DNA of 7,873 nucleotides from a virus (Duplodnaviria; Heunggongvirae; Uroviricota; Caudoviricetes): IMG/VR virus record IMGVR_UViG_2896595138_000010, positions 1 to 7,873 of that record; one strand, 5' to 3'. Shown piece by piece: positions 6,823 to 7,873 of this stretch (position 1 is its first letter; each line of letters starts with the position of its first letter). The notes under the pieces were generated by a model. It saw only the letters and a program-made list of their open reading frames with translations, ran no database searches and was not told where the DNA came from. The position numbers and the translations under genes were made by a program.

Positions 6823-7873
6823 GCGCCGGGATTTACCCCCTAACCTTTATATAAGAAACAATGGATATTACTGCTACAGGGACCCAAGGACGGGTAAAGA
6901 GTTCGGATTAGGCCGAGACAGGAGGATAGCAATCACTGAAGCAATACAGGCCAACATTGAGTTGCTATCAGACAGCGGGCGCGAGTCACTGATAGACAGG
7001 ATTAAAGGCGCTGACTCAATCACCCTTCATGCGTGGCTTGACCGATATGAAACAATCCTCAGCGAGAGGGGCATCAGACCGAAAACTCTACTCGACTACG
7101 CCAGCAAAATCAGGGCAATTCGAAGAAAATTGCCGGACAAACCGCTCACTGACATATCAACGAAAGAGGTGGCAGCAATGCTAAATACCTACGTAGCAGA
7201 AGGTAAAGCGGCTTCCGCAAAATTAATCAGGTCAACCCTTGTTGACGTTTTTCGTGAAGCAATAGCCGAGGGGCATGTGGCTACGAATCCGGTAACAGCA
7301 ACCCGCACAGCAAAGTCAGAAGTAAGGCGCTCAAGGCTGACAGCTAATGAGTATGTCGAGATTTACCATGCAGCCGAACCTCTCCCTATCTGGCTGAGGC
7401 TGGCAATGGATTTGGCCGTCATTACAGGGCAGAGAGTGGGCGATTTATGCAGAATGAAGTGGTCAGACATAAACGACAACCATCTTCACATTGAGCAGGG
7501 TAAAACAGGGGCTAAGCTCGCCATTCCGCTGACGCTAACGATTGACGCGCTCAATATCTCACTGGTTGATACACTACAGAAATGCAGGGAGGCCAGCAGC
7601 AGTGAAACTATAATCGCATCAAAGCATCACGATCCGCTTTCCCCGAAAACAGTATCAAAGTATTTTACAAAGGCGAGAAATGCCTCCGGACTCTCATTTG
7701 ATGGAGACCCGCCAACATTCCATGAACTGCGTAGCCTGTCAGCGAGGCTATACCGGAACCAGATTGGCGATAAATTTGCTCAACGTCTTCTCGGGCATAA
7801 ATCAGATTCAATGGCGGCGCGGTATAGGGACAGCCGAGGGAGAGAATGGGACAAAATTGAAATCAACAAATGA
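6800..7873 (+). CDS. int: tyrosine site-specific integrase, lambda Int family, full length (357 aa)
   Basis: First ~55 residues identical to lambda Int as I recall it (MGRRRSHERRDLPPNLYIRNNGYYCYRDPRTGKEFGLGRDRRIAITEAIQANIEL); conserved C-terminal catalytic region (HELRSLSARLY...LLGHKSDSMAARYRDSRGREWDKIEI); stop TGA at 7871-7873 is the last codon of the window. Confidence 0.95.
   Translation: MGRRRSHERRDLPPNLYIRNNGYYCYRDPRTGKEFGLGRDRRIAITEAIQANIELLSDSGRESLIDRIKGADSITLHAWLDRYETILSERGIRPKTLLDYASKIRAIRRKLPDKPLTDISTKEVAAMLNTYVAEGKAASAKLIRSTLVDVFREAIAEGHVATNPVTATRTAKSEVRRSRLTANEYVEIYHAAEPLPIWLRLAMDLAVITGQRVGDLCRMKWSDINDNHLHIEQGKTGAKLAIPLTLTIDALNISLVDTLQKCREASSSETIIASKHHDPLSPKTVSKYFTKARNASGLSFDGDPPTFHELRSLSARLYRNQIGDKFAQRLLGHKSDSMAARYRDSRGREWDKIEINK

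Noticed and set aside
7700..7873. attP/attL core or prophage boundary within the window
   Set aside because: The int reading frame runs to the final base of the window; in lambda the core and arm sites lie downstream of the int stop, so any att site is outside the sequence provided.

Overview
This window is the integrase-proximal end of a lambdoid prophage in an enterobacterial (E. coli/Shigella-type) genome, disrupted by three IS3-family insertion sequences. From left to right: an IS911-like left-end fragment (1-276, minus strand) that truncates a plus-strand gene; a small hypothetical gene; an Ead/Ea22-like (DUF551-type) gene split 11 codons from its end by IS2 (1216-3851), which itself carries a nested IS629-like element (1406-2708, minus strand) inside its orfA; then an uninterrupted plus-strand array of a Cys-rich/coiled-coil protein, a 27-aa hydrophobic peptide, an 80-aa protein, two diverged paralogs of an ORF6N/Rha-type antirepressor-like family (the first frameshifted), a UUCG-loop intrinsic terminator, a cII-type TTGC-N6-TTGC (pI-like) motif, xis and a full-length lambda-type int ending at the last base of the window. 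I could not identify a defined novel defence or other system. The most likely places for undescribed biology are the uncharacterised three-gene cassette at 3891-4613 and the structured regulatory gap at 5538-5862. All family assignments come from recalled protein similarity, not from a database search. Several IS and phage reading frames show single-base indels, and I cannot tell genuine decay from assembly error without reads.
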